Positions 9,663-20,153 are shown, numbered from the stretch's first letter. The stretch is DNA of 64,000 nucleotides from an uncultured Desulfatitalea sp. (GCA_963668675.2 CAXXMB010000002.1:2016001-2080000); one strand, 5' to 3'. Notes: a model not told the origin generated them from the letters alone. Numbers and translations: made by a program.

Positions 9663-10086
9663 AGCCCTCTCCAATAACACACTATTTAGTATCCATTCGA
9701 ACGGCCATCCCGATGCGCATGGACACTATTTAAAATCTGCCTACCGGCGACACACCGCCTGTGCAGGGCAAGGTAGAAACGTATCGAAACATACCCTTTA
9801 CAACACACCGGTTCTGGCTGTAAACACCAATTGCTAATCTAAGGCCAGATGAGGCTGTGTCAAACACCGACGGCGTGCTGTCCGGTCATGACAGCATCGC
9901 TGCTTGTAACCTTCTTCTGCCTTGAGTCTCAACACCTTCGGGTGGTATAGGTGAGATGGAGCGGGTCGCTTATGCACGGAAAGCGCCGCCACCCGCCCCA
10001 CCCTCCATGGTCTTAATCGTTAACCCCAAAAGCAGCGTGCTCCGATGATCCATCAGGTCGGGTCACGGAATTCATAAGGAGGCCCC

Positions 10087-10290
10087 ATGAGCATCGATCG
10101 TTGGGTTATGGCTTGGGCAGGCATTGTCATCCTTGGCAGTCTTTTGTTGTCGTTGATACATAGCGACTACTGGCTTTTATTGACGGCTTTCGCCGGTGCG
10201 AATCTTCTCCAGGCATCCTTCACCGGATTTTGTCCGATAGTGGTGGTGCTGAAAAAACTTGGCGTCAAGCCAGGCGCCGCCTTTGAATAG
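10087..10290 (+). CDS. YgaP/DUF2892-like small membrane protein
   Basis: Two hydrophobic helices and the GANLLQASFTGFCP signature; AAGGAGG RBS. Confidence 0.85.
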   Translation: MSIDRWVMAWAGIVILGSLLLSLIHSDYWLLLTAFAGANLLQASFTGFCPIVVVLKKLGVKPGAAFE

Positions 10291-10304
10291 AACAACTGCG
10301 ACGT

Positions 10305-10781
10305 ATGACGATGACCGCCGAAAAGCAGTGCCTCGATAAAGCCTTGCGTCTGCTCGGTCGCCGGGACCACAGCTGCCGGGAACTTTCACAAAAATTGAAG
10401 CAGCGCGGCTTCTCATCCGAACTGATCGCCTCGGCTATCGAGGCCTGCAAGAAAATGAACTACCTGGATGACCGACGGTTCTGCGAAGGCTATACCCGCC
10501 ATTTGCGCCGCAAGGGATATGGGGTGATGCGCATTGTACAAAAGCTGAAGGAGAAGGGTGTAGCCGAAACGCACATCCGGGAGAGCATCGAGCAGCAGTG
10601 CCAAAATGCGTGCCAGGTAGAAGATTGTCGCAGGGTCATAGAAAAGAAAATGCCCGCCCAACAAACCAGAGACCGCCTCTTTCGGTTCCTCTACCAGCGG
10701 GGTTTTTCAAATGAGGTGATTAAAGAGGCCTTGCGTGAGACCGCGGATCTTTGGAATTCAGAAAGATTCGGGTTGTCATGA
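10305..10781 (+). CDS. recX: Regulatory protein RecX
   Basis: ALRLLGRRDHS..EL..KL, YLDDRRF, GYG..RI..KL..KG, RFLYQRGF. Confidence 0.9.
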   Translation: MTMTAEKQCLDKALRLLGRRDHSCRELSQKLKQRGFSSELIASAIEACKKMNYLDDRRFCEGYTRHLRRKGYGVMRIVQKLKEKGVAETHIRESIEQQCQNACQVEDCRRVIEKKMPAQQTRDRLFRFLYQRGFSNEVIKEALRETADLWNSERFGLS

Positions 10782-10925
10782 AGCGCTACTCGAGCAGACC
10801 TCCTATGGCGTTTCCTCAAGACAATTGACTTCCAGGCAATCTCTCCGTTGCAAACGTCCCCCTGTAAATCATGATCCAGGTGGTGGGTACACGTGGAGAG
10901 ATCTGGCAATTGGTCCAAATCTACC

Positions 10926-10965
10926 AAAAGAAAAGGCAACCCTTCCCAATATAGGGCTGCCTTTC
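10926..10965 (-). terminator. Rho-independent terminator of the HU gene
   Basis: Minus strand AAAGGCAGCCC...GGGTTGCCTTT stem followed by TCTTTT. Confidence 0.75.
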
Positions 10966-10988
10966 AAAATGACTTCGATATGGCGGAA

Positions 10989-11261
10989 CTAGATGGCTTC
11001 TTTGAGCTTCTTACCAGGTTTGAATTTCACGACATTAGAAGCCTTGATTTTGATTACTTCACCGGTCTGCGGATTTCTGCCTTTACGGGCTTTGCGGCGT
11101 GTTTTCTGGAAAGTGCCAAATCCCACCAAAGTAACCTTGCCATCTTTTTTCTTCAGTGCTTTTGTCACACTTTCCACAAAAGACTCCAAAGCAGTCTGTG
11201 CCGCCGCTTTGGTGATGCCGGCATCTTTGGCCATTTTCTCAACGATTTCCGCTTTTGTCAT
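10989..11261 (-). CDS. DNA-binding protein HU
   Basis: MTKAEIV...VTLVGFGTF...RKGRNPQTG...FKPGKKLKEAI; AAGGAGG RBS before ATG 11261. Confidence 0.95.
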   Translation of the reverse strand: MTKAEIVEKMAKDAGITKAAAQTALESFVESVTKALKKKDGKVTLVGFGTFQKTRRKARKGRNPQTGEVIKIKASNVVKFKPGKKLKEAI

Positions 11262-11556
11262 CTGAATTCCTCCTTTTAAAAAAATGGTATGACCCGCCAA
11301 CTCTGCTATAATTAGGCATTTACAGTCTCATATAGTCTTTGTCAACACCTAAGTGCCGATCATTAGCGGTTTTTTACATCTCCTCCCCGCTTCAAACTGC
11401 GCGGGTCAATGATTTCCGCATCTGTGCAAATCCCGATCCTTTCATTATAAGCGAAGGCGTCGTCAAATCTTTAAAGAGAAACCCGGTCCGAGTTATGGCA
11501 CGCAAATCGCCACCGGCTTCCGGAGAGAGATAGGAGCAGAGGCGTCGCAAGCTTTT

Positions 11557-13086
11557 TTATGCACTGTATGAACGGTCCAGAATGCGGTACTGGATGGCCT
11601 CTGCCACATGCCGGGCAGCGATTGCTTCCTGCCCGGAGAGATCAGCGATGGTGCGGCTGATCTTTAAGATCCGGTTCATAGCGCGGGCGGAGAGTCCCAT
11701 TTTGTCGATGGCCGCCTCGAGCAGCCCCGAAGCCTCTTTGCCGATGGCGCACCACTTTTTCAGATGGCGATTGCTCATTTGCGCATTACAAAATATCCGC
11801 GATCTGCGAAACCGCTCCTGTTGCACGGTCCTGGCGGCAATCACGCGCCTGCGGATATCTTCCGATCTCTCCGCGCGTGCCTCTCCTATTAGATCCTTAT
11901 AGGCGACAGCCGGCACCTCGATGTGGATATCGATACGATCGAGCAGTGGGCCTGACAGGCGCGCCCGATACCTTTGGATTTGCTGAGCGGTGCAGCGGCA
12001 GGTGTGGTTTGGATCAGAGTAATAACCGCAAGGGCAAGGATTCAGGGCCGCAACCAGCATGACACGGGCCGGATAGGTAATGGTCGAGTTGGCTCGCGAC
12101 AAAGTGACCTTCCCATCTTCAAGCGGTTGACGCAGTACTTCGAGCACATGCTTCTTATACTCGGGCAGCTCATCCAGAAAAAGCACCCCGTGATGCGCCA
12201 AGCTGACCTCGCCCGGCCGTGGCACGACCCCGCCGCCGATCAAACCGGCGTCGGAAATGGTGTGGTGCGGAGAGCGGAAACAGCGCGTGGCGATCAAGGC
12301 CCTGTCCCGTCCGAGCAGGCCTGCGACACTATAGATCCTGGTCGTTTCAATGGCCTCTTCAAAGGTCGGAGGAGGCAATATGGACGGGATTCGTCGGGCC
12401 AGCATGGTCTTTCCTGCACCGGGCGGCCCAACCATCAGCGCGTTATGGCCGCCTGCCGATGCGATCTCCAGTGCACGTTTCACGTGCTCCTGCCCTTTCA
12501 CTTCTTCAAAATCTTCCTTGGTGGAAGGGCTGCCCAGCAAGGCGACCGGATCGGATCGTTCGATATCGATCTGTTTTTGCCCGCGTAGAAACTCGATGAC
12601 CTGGGACAAATGCTTCGCAGGATAGACGTCGATACCCTTCACGACGGCTGCCTCCTTACGGTTGGCAAATGGCACCACAATGTTTTTGAATCCCTCTTGC
12701 ATCGCAGCCAAAGCCATGGAGAGAGAACCGAAAACCGGCTTGATGCGACCGTCCAGGCTCAGCTCTCCAAGCAGAAGAAGCTCGGCTGCCACTTCCTGGG
12801 GAACGACACCGGTTGCCACCAGGATGCCCACGGCAATGGGCAGGTCAAAGCCCGTTCCCTCTTTTTTGATGTGCGCCGGTGCCAGATTGACGGTAATGCG
12901 ATCGTCGGGAAAAGCATATCCCGAATTCTTGATGGCCGCCTTTACTCGCTCTTTGCTCTCCTTCACAGCGGTCTCCGGCAACCCCACGGTCACAAAGGAG
13001 GGGAGGCCGTTGGCAATATCTATCTCCACTTCAACGGGGTATGCTTCTACGCCGATAACGGCACTGCTCATCACCTTCGATAGCAC
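11557..13086 (-). CDS. comM: YifB/ComM family Mg-chelatase-like AAA+ ATPase
   Basis: VGLPETAVKES.ERV, NLAPA..KKEG..FDLPIA, GPPGAGKT, FRSPHH, GVLFLDELPE, NPCPCG, SGPLLDRID. Confidence 0.93.
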   Translation of the reverse strand: MLSKVMSSAVIGVEAYPVEVEIDIANGLPSFVTVGLPETAVKESKERVKAAIKNSGYAFPDDRITVNLAPAHIKKEGTGFDLPIAVGILVATGVVPQEVAAELLLLGELSLDGRIKPVFGSLSMALAAMQEGFKNIVVPFANRKEAAVVKGIDVYPAKHLSQVIEFLRGQKQIDIERSDPVALLGSPSTKEDFEEVKGQEHVKRALEIASAGGHNALMVGPPGAGKTMLARRIPSILPPPTFEEAIETTRIYSVAGLLGRDRALIATRCFRSPHHTISDAGLIGGGVVPRPGEVSLAHHGVLFLDELPEYKKHVLEVLRQPLEDGKVTLSRANSTITYPARVMLVAALNPCPCGYYSDPNHTCRCTAQQIQRYRARLSGPLLDRIDIHIEVPAVAYKDLIGEARAERSEDIRRRVIAARTVQQERFRRSRIFCNAQMSNRHLKKWCAIGKEASGLLEAAIDKMGLSARAMNRILKISRTIADLSGQEAIAARHVAEAIQYRILDRSYSA

Positions 13087-13219
13087 GGTATCTCCTTATT
13101 TCAGAAAGTCCTCCGGTTTGGCGATCATTTCGCCATGCCGGCCGGCAGGAATTCCCAATTCCTGCCGGCCAGGATTTTGCATTATTTTGTTGTATAAAAG
13201 ACGCATCATGGGATAATAA

Positions 13220-13239
13220 GTGTGTCGTTTTTAACACAC
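13220..13239. promoter_or_regulatory. Palindromic candidate enhancer (activator site) upstream of the lpxC sigma54 promoter
   Basis: GTGTGT-N8-ACACAC about 100 bp upstream of the -24 element. Confidence 0.55.
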
Positions 13240-13334
13240 GATCGATAAGGAGCCGGCCTAGAATCGATTCCACTTAGATGCCACTCTATACAATTGAGTT
13301 ATAATTCAGATAGTTGACCAAATATCCGCATAAA

Positions 13335-13350
13335 AGGCACAAACATTGCT
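13335..13350 (+). promoter_or_regulatory. Sigma54 (-24/-12) promoter upstream of lpxC
   Basis: AGGCAC-AAACA-TTGCT with exact GG-N10-GC spacing. Confidence 0.7.
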
Positions 13351-13593
13351 TGAAAGGCCCAGACGCTCAACGAAAACGAAATAGCGGAGCACCAAGCTTC
13401 TGCACCAAGGGCAATAGGAAAGAGAGTCGAAAAGGCATGGAGCTGGCAGTGCTCAATCAGGGCAGCGATACGGTGACGGTTCGGTCACAACGCACCCATC
13501 AGGTGGGACGAAGCACTCCGCTAAAATCTAAAAGCCGCTTGCGGATCGGAAGGTACATAACAGCATCAGTGGTCAGCGGCAAGGAAATAGATA

Positions 13594-14502
13594 ATGATGA
13601 ATAAAAGATATCTGCAAAAAACGATTACCAAGGAGGTACACTGCTCAGGCATCGGTGTCCATTCGGGCAAAGAGGTCAACCTGAGCGTCCAACCGGCCCC
13701 AGTCAATCATGGGATCCGGTTTGCCCGTATGGACCTGCCCAACCGCCCAAGTGTCCCGGCACGGTTCAACAAGGTGGTCGATACCAGCCTGGCCACCGTC
13801 ATTGGAGAGGATGGATTTATCGTCTCCACTATTGAGCACATGATGGCGGCATTGACTGGCCTTGCCATCGATAACGCGCTCGTCTTGGTCGACAACTACG
13901 AGCTGCCCATAATGGACGGCAGCGCAGGGCCTTTTGCCCGCATGCTGCAATCCGCCGGCATAGAGGTTCAATCTGCACCGAGATGCTTTTTCGTTGTCCA
14001 GGAGCCGATCGAGCTGGAAGAGAACGGAAAATTCGTGGGGGCCTATCCGGCCCCCCATTTCAGACTGACGTGCACGATCGAGTTCGAGCATCGCCTCATC
14101 AAGACCCAAACGTATGACGTGATCGTCGACAACGGCTGTTTTCAAAATGAGATCGCCGATGCGCGCACCTTTGGTTTTCGCCAGGAAGTAGAATACATGA
14201 AACAATTCGGTTTGGGACAGGGCGGGTCACTGGATACGGCGATTATTGTCGATCAGGACAAAATCCTCAACCCAGGCGGGCTTCGCTACGAAGATGAGTT
14301 TGTCCGGCACAAACTGCTGGATTGCATCGGCGACTTTTCACTGCTCGGCCTACCGCTAATGGCGCATATTGTCACCAAACGATCAGGCCATGCGTTCAAT
14401 CACGCTTTCCTCGAATGGTTCTTCCAGCAAAAAGGCGCCTGGCAGACAAGCACCTTTGACGAAACGCCCGATGTAACACCTGTGAAACAGCTTGCCAATT
14501 AA
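13594..14502 (+). CDS. lpxC: UDP-3-O-acyl-N-acetylglucosamine deacetylase
   Basis: GIGVHSG, STIEH, ELPIMDGSA, ARTFGF, RHKLLDCIGD, GHAFN. Confidence 0.97.
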   Translation: MMNKRYLQKTITKEVHCSGIGVHSGKEVNLSVQPAPVNHGIRFARMDLPNRPSVPARFNKVVDTSLATVIGEDGFIVSTIEHMMAALTGLAIDNALVLVDNYELPIMDGSAGPFARMLQSAGIEVQSAPRCFFVVQEPIELEENGKFVGAYPAPHFRLTCTIEFEHRLIKTQTYDVIVDNGCFQNEIADARTFGFRQEVEYMKQFGLGQGGSLDTAIIVDQDKILNPGGLRYEDEFVRHKLLDCIGDFSLLGLPLMAHIVTKRSGHAFNHAFLEWFFQQKGAWQTSTFDETPDVTPVKQLAN

Positions 14503-14655
14503 TGGTGGTTCCTCTATGATGCTTCTTTGACACAGCATCACAGATGCCCTTGTAACAGACTGTTGAAACAGACGAATCTGCCCTTGCCGAAAGGCAGCAG
14601 CAATAAAAATCTATCCGGCACAAGATTGGACGGACGCAAACAAATCGTGCAGAAA

Positions 14656-15219
14656 ATGAAAATCAGTGCCTTGCTCATATGGGTTCTCAGCGGTCTGTTG
14701 TTGATGCTGCCATCGCCGAGTTGCGCCCAGGATGCAAGCCTTACCAATATCATCGTTACCAACACGCGAGACGATTTACTTCTCTACCTGACGGTCAAAG
14801 ACGCATTTCCACCAGACATCGAAGAGACAATTAAAAGCGGGGTTCCAGCCACCTTCAGTTTCCTGGTCAATCTTTATCGCGTGCGCGGATTCTGGATGGA
14901 CAAAGAGATCAATGAGATTGTCGTTACCCACACCATCAAATACGATAATCTGAAAAAAGAGTTTTCGGTCACCCGTTCATGGGACGGCAACCGTCCACAG
15001 GTGGTCAAATCCTTCGAAGAGGCAAAAAAACTGATGAAGGAGATCGACAGCCTGCCCATTGTCTCGCTGAACGAGCTTGAAAAAGGAAAGCAATACCAGA
15101 TTCGGGCCAAAGCAAAGCTGAGCAAGCTTACCCTCCCCTTTTATTTGCACTACATCCTGTTTTTCATGTCATTGTGGGACTTTGAAACCGACTGGTATAC
15201 CATTGACTTTATGTATTGA
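14656..15219 (+). CDS. Exported DUF4390-like protein preceding NtrY/NtrX
   Basis: Signal peptide MKISALLIWVLSGLLL..., periplasmic beta-rich body, ends WDFETDWY; position upstream of an NtrY-like kinase is typical of this family. Confidence 0.75.
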   Translation: MKISALLIWVLSGLLLMLPSPSCAQDASLTNIIVTNTRDDLLLYLTVKDAFPPDIEETIKSGVPATFSFLVNLYRVRGFWMDKEINEIVVTHTIKYDNLKKEFSVTRSWDGNRPQVVKSFEEAKKLMKEIDSLPIVSLNELEKGKQYQIRAKAKLSKLTLPFYLHYILFFMSLWDFETDWYTIDFMY

Positions 15220-15258
15220 TCGTTACCCTTAACTGACCTTTCGCACCGATGCGCCGCC

Positions 15259-17490
15259 ATGAAACGTTCAGAGCCAACATCGAAAAGCAAGCTCCCGGAC
15301 GAAGAGAAACGGCGCCGCAAGCGCGAACTCACCCTCATCTTTGCCATCATCCCCATTGTCGGTGTTCTGGCGTTTGTCCTCAACCGCAATATTTACATCC
15401 GGGCCGACTTTCCAGTCTCTAATCAGATTTTGATGTTCATCCTGATCAATATCAATCTACTCCTTTTACTGCTCCTGATCTTCCTTGTGTTTCGCAACCT
15501 GGTCAAGCTGTTGTACGATCGCAAGCGTAACGTTATGGGCGCCAAGCTTCGAACACGCCTGGTTCTCGCCTTTGTCACCTTGACATTACTGCCATCCACG
15601 GTTCTGTTTGTTTTCTCCATCAGTTTCATCACCAGCAGCATCGAGTTCTGGTTCAATGTACCGGTAGAGCAGGCGCTGGCCAACTCGCTGCGCGTCGGCC
15701 ATATGATGTATGAGCGTGCCGAACGGGAGAGCGGCTTCCTGCTGGAGCGGGTGGCCTACCAAATCGAAAAGAAGAACCTTTTGGCTACAGACAAACTGGA
15801 GGCGCTGGCACACTATATCCAGGTGGTACAACGCGAGTTCAATCTGGATGCCATCGAAAGTTACGATGCCAATGCCGAAAGGCTCGCCTACGCGCTGGCG
15901 CCGATCCTCGAGCAGGCGCCATTCGCGCGAATCGGGGCAAGCGACCTGCTCAAACCCTCCTCCGAAGAGGGCGTTCAGACCATTTCCACCCGTGTTAACG
16001 ATGCGGAATTGCTGCGCACCATCGGAACCGTCCCGTTCGACGCTCCTCCGGACAAAATCATGGGTTTTGTGGTGATCTCCTTCTATGTGTCACCCGACAT
16101 TTCCGAAAGCATGTCATCGATTCAGCGGGGATTTGAAGAGTATCAACAGATCACCCTGTTAAAACGACCGATCCAGACCTTCTATTATATTACCTTGTCG
16201 GTAGTTGCCCTATTGGTCGTATTCTGCGCCGTATGGCTTGGGTTTTACCTGGCCCGCACCATCACGATCCCCATTATGCGGCTGGCCGACGGGACGCGCC
16301 GCGTGGCCGAAGGTGATTTGAGTTTTGCCCTGGAGGTTCAGGCCGATGATGAAATCGGCAGCCTGGTGACGGCCTTCAACAAAATGACGCGCGACCTGCG
16401 CATCGGAAGGGAACAGCTCGAGCTCTCCGCCCAAATGCTTCGCGAGCAAAACATCGAGATCGAGGCACGCCGCCGCTATATGGAGATTGTGCTGAAAAAT
16501 GTATCGGCCGGTGTCATCACCCTTGATGCCAAAGGCGCCGTGATGACGTTCAACACCTCGGCCGAACGTATGCTCAACCTGAAGGCTGGCGACATTTTAA
16601 ACAAGGATTTTAAAACCCTTCTCAAGGGCCCTCAACTCCAGTTGGCAGAAGAGATCATCGAGAGCTTGCCCAATAGCCAACAAGAGACCATGGAGATTCC
16701 GCTACGCGTGGCCATCGATGGCCGCCCGCGAAGCTTTTTGGCCTACATCAACGCCCTGAAAGATGAGGGAAACCAGCATTTCGGCATCGTTATGGTCATC
16801 GACGATCTGACCGAACTGGAGAAGGCCCAGCGCATGGCCGCCTGGCGGGAGGTGGCACGGCGCATCGCCCATGAAGTCAAGAATCCACTCACGCCGATCT
16901 CCCTCTCGGCGCAGCGCCTCAAGCGCAAGTACTCGGATCGAATCAATGAGCCGGTCTTTGATGAGTGCACCCAGATGATCATCAACCACGTTGAACTGAT
17001 TCGCAATCTGGTCAATGAATTTTCTGCTTTTGCCCGGTTTCCCACAGCAGACCCAAAACCCTGTGACCTTGCCCCTCTGATCGAGGAGACGGTGGCGCTC
17101 TACAGAGAGGGCCATCCAAACATCAATTTTCAGGTACAGATCCAAGACATATTGCCGATGATGAGTCTCGATCGCCAGCAGATCAAGCAAGCGATGATCA
17201 ACCTTGTAGACAACGCCGTTTCAGCCATTCGAATCGAAGGAAATCTGCGGATAATGGTCTCTCACGACCCCATTCTCAATATGGTGCGCATCGAGGTGAC
17301 CGACGATGGCGACGGTATTTCCGATGAAGATAAAATCCGTCTTTTCGAACCCAATTTTTCCACCAAGAAAGCGGGAATGGGCCTTGGCCTGACCATTGTC
17401 AACAGCATCATCACCGACCATGGCGGAAGGATCAGCGTACAGGACAATTTTCCTCAGGGGGCCAAATTCGTCATTGAACTTCCAGCATGA
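15259..17490 (+). CDS. NtrY-like membrane sensor histidine kinase (HAMP-PAS-HisKA-HATPase)
   Basis: TM helices, GAKLRTRL, HAMP (DEIGSLVTAFNKMT), PAS, H-box AWREVARRIAHEVKNPLTPI, N/G boxes. Confidence 0.92.
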   Translation: MKRSEPTSKSKLPDEEKRRRKRELTLIFAIIPIVGVLAFVLNRNIYIRADFPVSNQILMFILININLLLLLLLIFLVFRNLVKLLYDRKRNVMGAKLRTRLVLAFVTLTLLPSTVLFVFSISFITSSIEFWFNVPVEQALANSLRVGHMMYERAERESGFLLERVAYQIEKKNLLATDKLEALAHYIQVVQREFNLDAIESYDANAERLAYALAPILEQAPFARIGASDLLKPSSEEGVQTISTRVNDAELLRTIGTVPFDAPPDKIMGFVVISFYVSPDISESMSSIQRGFEEYQQITLLKRPIQTFYYITLSVVALLVVFCAVWLGFYLARTITIPIMRLADGTRRVAEGDLSFALEVQADDEIGSLVTAFNKMTRDLRIGREQLELSAQMLREQNIEIEARRRYMEIVLKNVSAGVITLDAKGAVMTFNTSAERMLNLKAGDILNKDFKTLLKGPQLQLAEEIIESLPNSQQETMEIPLRVAIDGRPRSFLAYINALKDEGNQHFGIVMVIDDLTELEKAQRMAAWREVARRIAHEVKNPLTPISLSAQRLKRKYSDRINEPVFDECTQMIINHVELIRNLVNEFSAFARFPTADPKPCDLAPLIEETVALYREGHPNINFQVQIQDILPMMSLDRQQIKQAMINLVDNAVSAIRIEGNLRIMVSHDPILNMVRIEVTDDGDGISDEDKIRLFEPNFSTKKAGMGLGLTIVNSIITDHGGRISVQDNFPQGAKFVIELPA

Positions 17491-17607
17491 TTACCGGATG
17501 ATATAGCTGACGGTGCGCTTGACAGTACGCCTAAAGAGACATCTGAAGATACACCTAAAGACAAAATAGATCGTTCCAAATGCTAAAAGTAAGAAGGAAA
17601 ACCTATC

Positions 17608-18975
17608 ATGTTCCCAACCATACTGATCGTAGATGACGAACCCTCTATCCGTCAATCTCTGCAGGGTATCCTGTCAGACGAGGGATTTGAGGTGACAACG
17701 GCCTCCAACGGCTATGAAGCACTTCAACAGATCGAGGCAGATGCCCCGGATCTTGTACTGCTCGACATCTGGATGCCCGGTCTCGATGGGCTCGAAACCC
17801 TCAAGGAGATCAAGAAGAACCACCCCTATATCCAGGTGATCATGATTACCGGCCACGGCACCATCGAAACCGCCGTTCAGGCCACCAAGCTGGGGGCCTT
17901 TGATTTCATTGAAAAGCCGCTCTCCATCGAAAAGGTGATCGTGGCCATCAACAACGGTCTCAACTTCCGTCGACTGGAAGAGGAGAACCGTTACCTGCGC
18001 AAAAAGACCATCGATAAACACGCCATCACCGGCAACAGCGCTCCGATTCAAACCTTGAAAATGACCCTTGCCAAGGTGGCGCCCAGCGACAGTTGGGTGT
18101 TGATCAAGGGGGAAAATGGCACTGGCAAGGAGCTGGTCGCCAGAAATATCCACCACATGAGCCGGCGCGCCACCAAGCAACTGATCGCCGTCAACTGCGC
18201 CGCCATTCCAGAAGAGCTGATCGAAAGCGAACTGTTCGGTCATGAGAAGGGGGCCTTTACCGGCGCCAACAGCAAAAAAGTGGGCAAATTCCAATTGGCG
18301 GACAAGGGCACCCTCTTTCTGGATGAGATCGCCGATATGAGCCTGAAGACCCAGGCCAAGATACTGCGCGTGCTGCAAGAGAAGCAGTTTCAGCGCGTTG
18401 GCGGAAGCCGCACCCTTCAGGTCGATGTGCGCGTCATCGCCGCCACCAATAAAAGCCTTGAAGAGGAGATCCAGCGCGGCACGTTTCGAGAAGATCTCTA
18501 CTATCGGCTCAATGTGGTGCCCATTGAGGTGCCGTGCCTCAGGGACCGCGCCGAAGATATCGACACCCTCGTCGATGTCTTCCTGGAAGAGGCGGCCCAC
18601 CAGAGCAAATCACCCAAAAGAAGCATGTCGCCGGATGCGGTGAAACTGCTCAAGCAATACAGCTGGCCGGGCAATGTACGCGAACTGAAAAATCTTATCG
18701 AGCGTCTGGTCATCATGAGCACGGGGCAACTGATCGAAGTAAAAGATCTCCCCGAACCGTACAATCCAGGGGCCGTCTCCGGGACATCGGAAGGCACCGA
18801 ATCGCTGTTTGCCATCGAGGAGTTAAAAGCAGCCAAGCAGCAGTTCGAGCATCACTTCATCCACCGCAAGCTTGAAGAGAACGAACACAACATCACCCGC
18901 ACGGCGAAATCGATCGGTGTGGAACGCAGCTATCTGCACCGCAGGATTAAAAAACTTTCGGAAGATGTCGAATAG
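17608..18975 (+). CDS. NtrX-like sigma54-dependent response regulator
   Basis: REC (LLDIWMP), GENGTGKE, ESELFGHEKGAFTGA, WPGNVREL, Fis-type HTH. Confidence 0.93.
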   Translation: MFPTILIVDDEPSIRQSLQGILSDEGFEVTTASNGYEALQQIEADAPDLVLLDIWMPGLDGLETLKEIKKNHPYIQVIMITGHGTIETAVQATKLGAFDFIEKPLSIEKVIVAINNGLNFRRLEEENRYLRKKTIDKHAITGNSAPIQTLKMTLAKVAPSDSWVLIKGENGTGKELVARNIHHMSRRATKQLIAVNCAAIPEELIESELFGHEKGAFTGANSKKVGKFQLADKGTLFLDEIADMSLKTQAKILRVLQEKQFQRVGGSRTLQVDVRVIAATNKSLEEEIQRGTFREDLYYRLNVVPIEVPCLRDRAEDIDTLVDVFLEEAAHQSKSPKRSMSPDAVKLLKQYSWPGNVRELKNLIERLVIMSTGQLIEVKDLPEPYNPGAVSGTSEGTESLFAIEELKAAKQQFEHHFIHRKLEENEHNITRTAKSIGVERSYLHRRIKKLSEDVE

Positions 18976-18999
18976 CCGCCATCATCAAAGGAGGGGCTG

Positions 19000-19569
19000 A
19001 TGCGCATCATTGGCGGCGCTTTGCGAGGACGAAAACTCGGCACATTGCAGGGCCGATCCATACGCCCCACCTCCGACCGCGCAAAGGAGGCCCTCTTCAA
19101 CATCCTGGGCACACAAGCGGCGAATGCTGCCGTTCTCGACCTCTTTGCCGGAACGGGTGCACTGGGCATCGAAGCCCTGAGCCGAGGCGCAACGAATGTC
19201 GTTTTCATCGACAAGGCCCCCGCCAGCTTGAGCGTCCTGCGCAAAAATGTTGCGCTGTGCCATCTTCAGGAGCACAGCCGTGTCCTTCAGTGGGACATTG
19301 TTAAAAACCTGGAATGCCTGCGCGTCTATCACCGCACCTTCAATCTCGTCTTTATCGACCCGCCCTATGGACAAGGCATGATTGAACCGGCATTGCAGCA
19401 TCTGATGGCATCCGATGCGCTCGCAAAGAGCGCTTGCATCGTGGTCGAACAAGATACCCGCGAGACGCAACCCGCCCTGCCGTCGCTATTGAAGTGTGAG
19501 GATCAGCGCCGCTACGGTCACACCCGACTGACCTTTGTAAGCTTTGCCGGCGACCATATTGCATCTTGA
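19000..19569 (+). CDS. rsmD: 16S rRNA (guanine966-N2)-methyltransferase
   Basis: MRIIGG..RGRKL, RPTSDR.KEALFN, LDLFAGTGALGIEALSRGA, DPPY. Confidence 0.95.
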   Translation: MRIIGGALRGRKLGTLQGRSIRPTSDRAKEALFNILGTQAANAAVLDLFAGTGALGIEALSRGATNVVFIDKAPASLSVLRKNVALCHLQEHSRVLQWDIVKNLECLRVYHRTFNLVFIDPPYGQGMIEPALQHLMASDALAKSACIVVEQDTRETQPALPSLLKCEDQRRYGHTRLTFVSFAGDHIAS

Positions 19570-19647
19570 CGCTTTCCATGCTAGATAGGATTCCACGACA
19601 GGCAGACAGATCCTGGCTCACGCACCCGTTACATATGGAAGGGACTT

Positions 19648-20136
19648 ATGCAGAAAATTGCAGTCTACCCCGGCTCATTCGACCCGGTTACCTTCGGACA
19701 TATCGATATCGTTAAAAGAGGAAGAAAAGTTTTCGATCATATCATCGTCGCCATCCTGAACAACCCTGCTAAAAATGCACTTTTTTCGATAGATGAGCGT
19801 CTGGAAATGCTCAACCAATGCATGCAGGATATCCCCGGTCTCACCTTCGACTCGTTTGATGGACTTCTGGTCGACTATGTGAAAAGCAAGGGCGCCTGTG
19901 CCGTGCTGAGGGGAATGCGCGCCGTCTCCGATTTTGAGAAGGAGTTCCAGCTCGCCCTGATGAACCGCAAACTCAACAGGGATATCGAAACTGTCTTTTT
20001 AATGACCGGTATGCGCTGGTTCTTTACCAGCTCTTCCATCATCAAAGAGGCCGCCACCTTTGGCGGCGATATCTCCGACATGGTGCCGCCTTTGGTCAAC
20101 GAACGGGTGCGAGCCAAATACAAGCAACCCAAATAG
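19648..20136 (+). CDS. coaD: Pantetheine-phosphate adenylyltransferase
   Basis: YPGSFDPVTFGH, RGMRAVSDF, SSSIIKE. Confidence 0.97.
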   Translation: MQKIAVYPGSFDPVTFGHIDIVKRGRKVFDHIIVAILNNPAKNALFSIDERLEMLNQCMQDIPGLTFDSFDGLLVDYVKSKGACAVLRGMRAVSDFEKEFQLALMNRKLNRDIETVFLMTGMRWFFTSSSIIKEAATFGGDISDMVPPLVNERVRAKYKQPK

Positions 20137-20153
20137 ATAAAACTCAATAACCG

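Noticed and set aside
11496..11510. Sigma54-like TGGCACGCAAATCGC on the plus strand
   Set aside because: The -12 element is imperfect and it points into the 3' end of comM on the opposite strand with no gene to drive.
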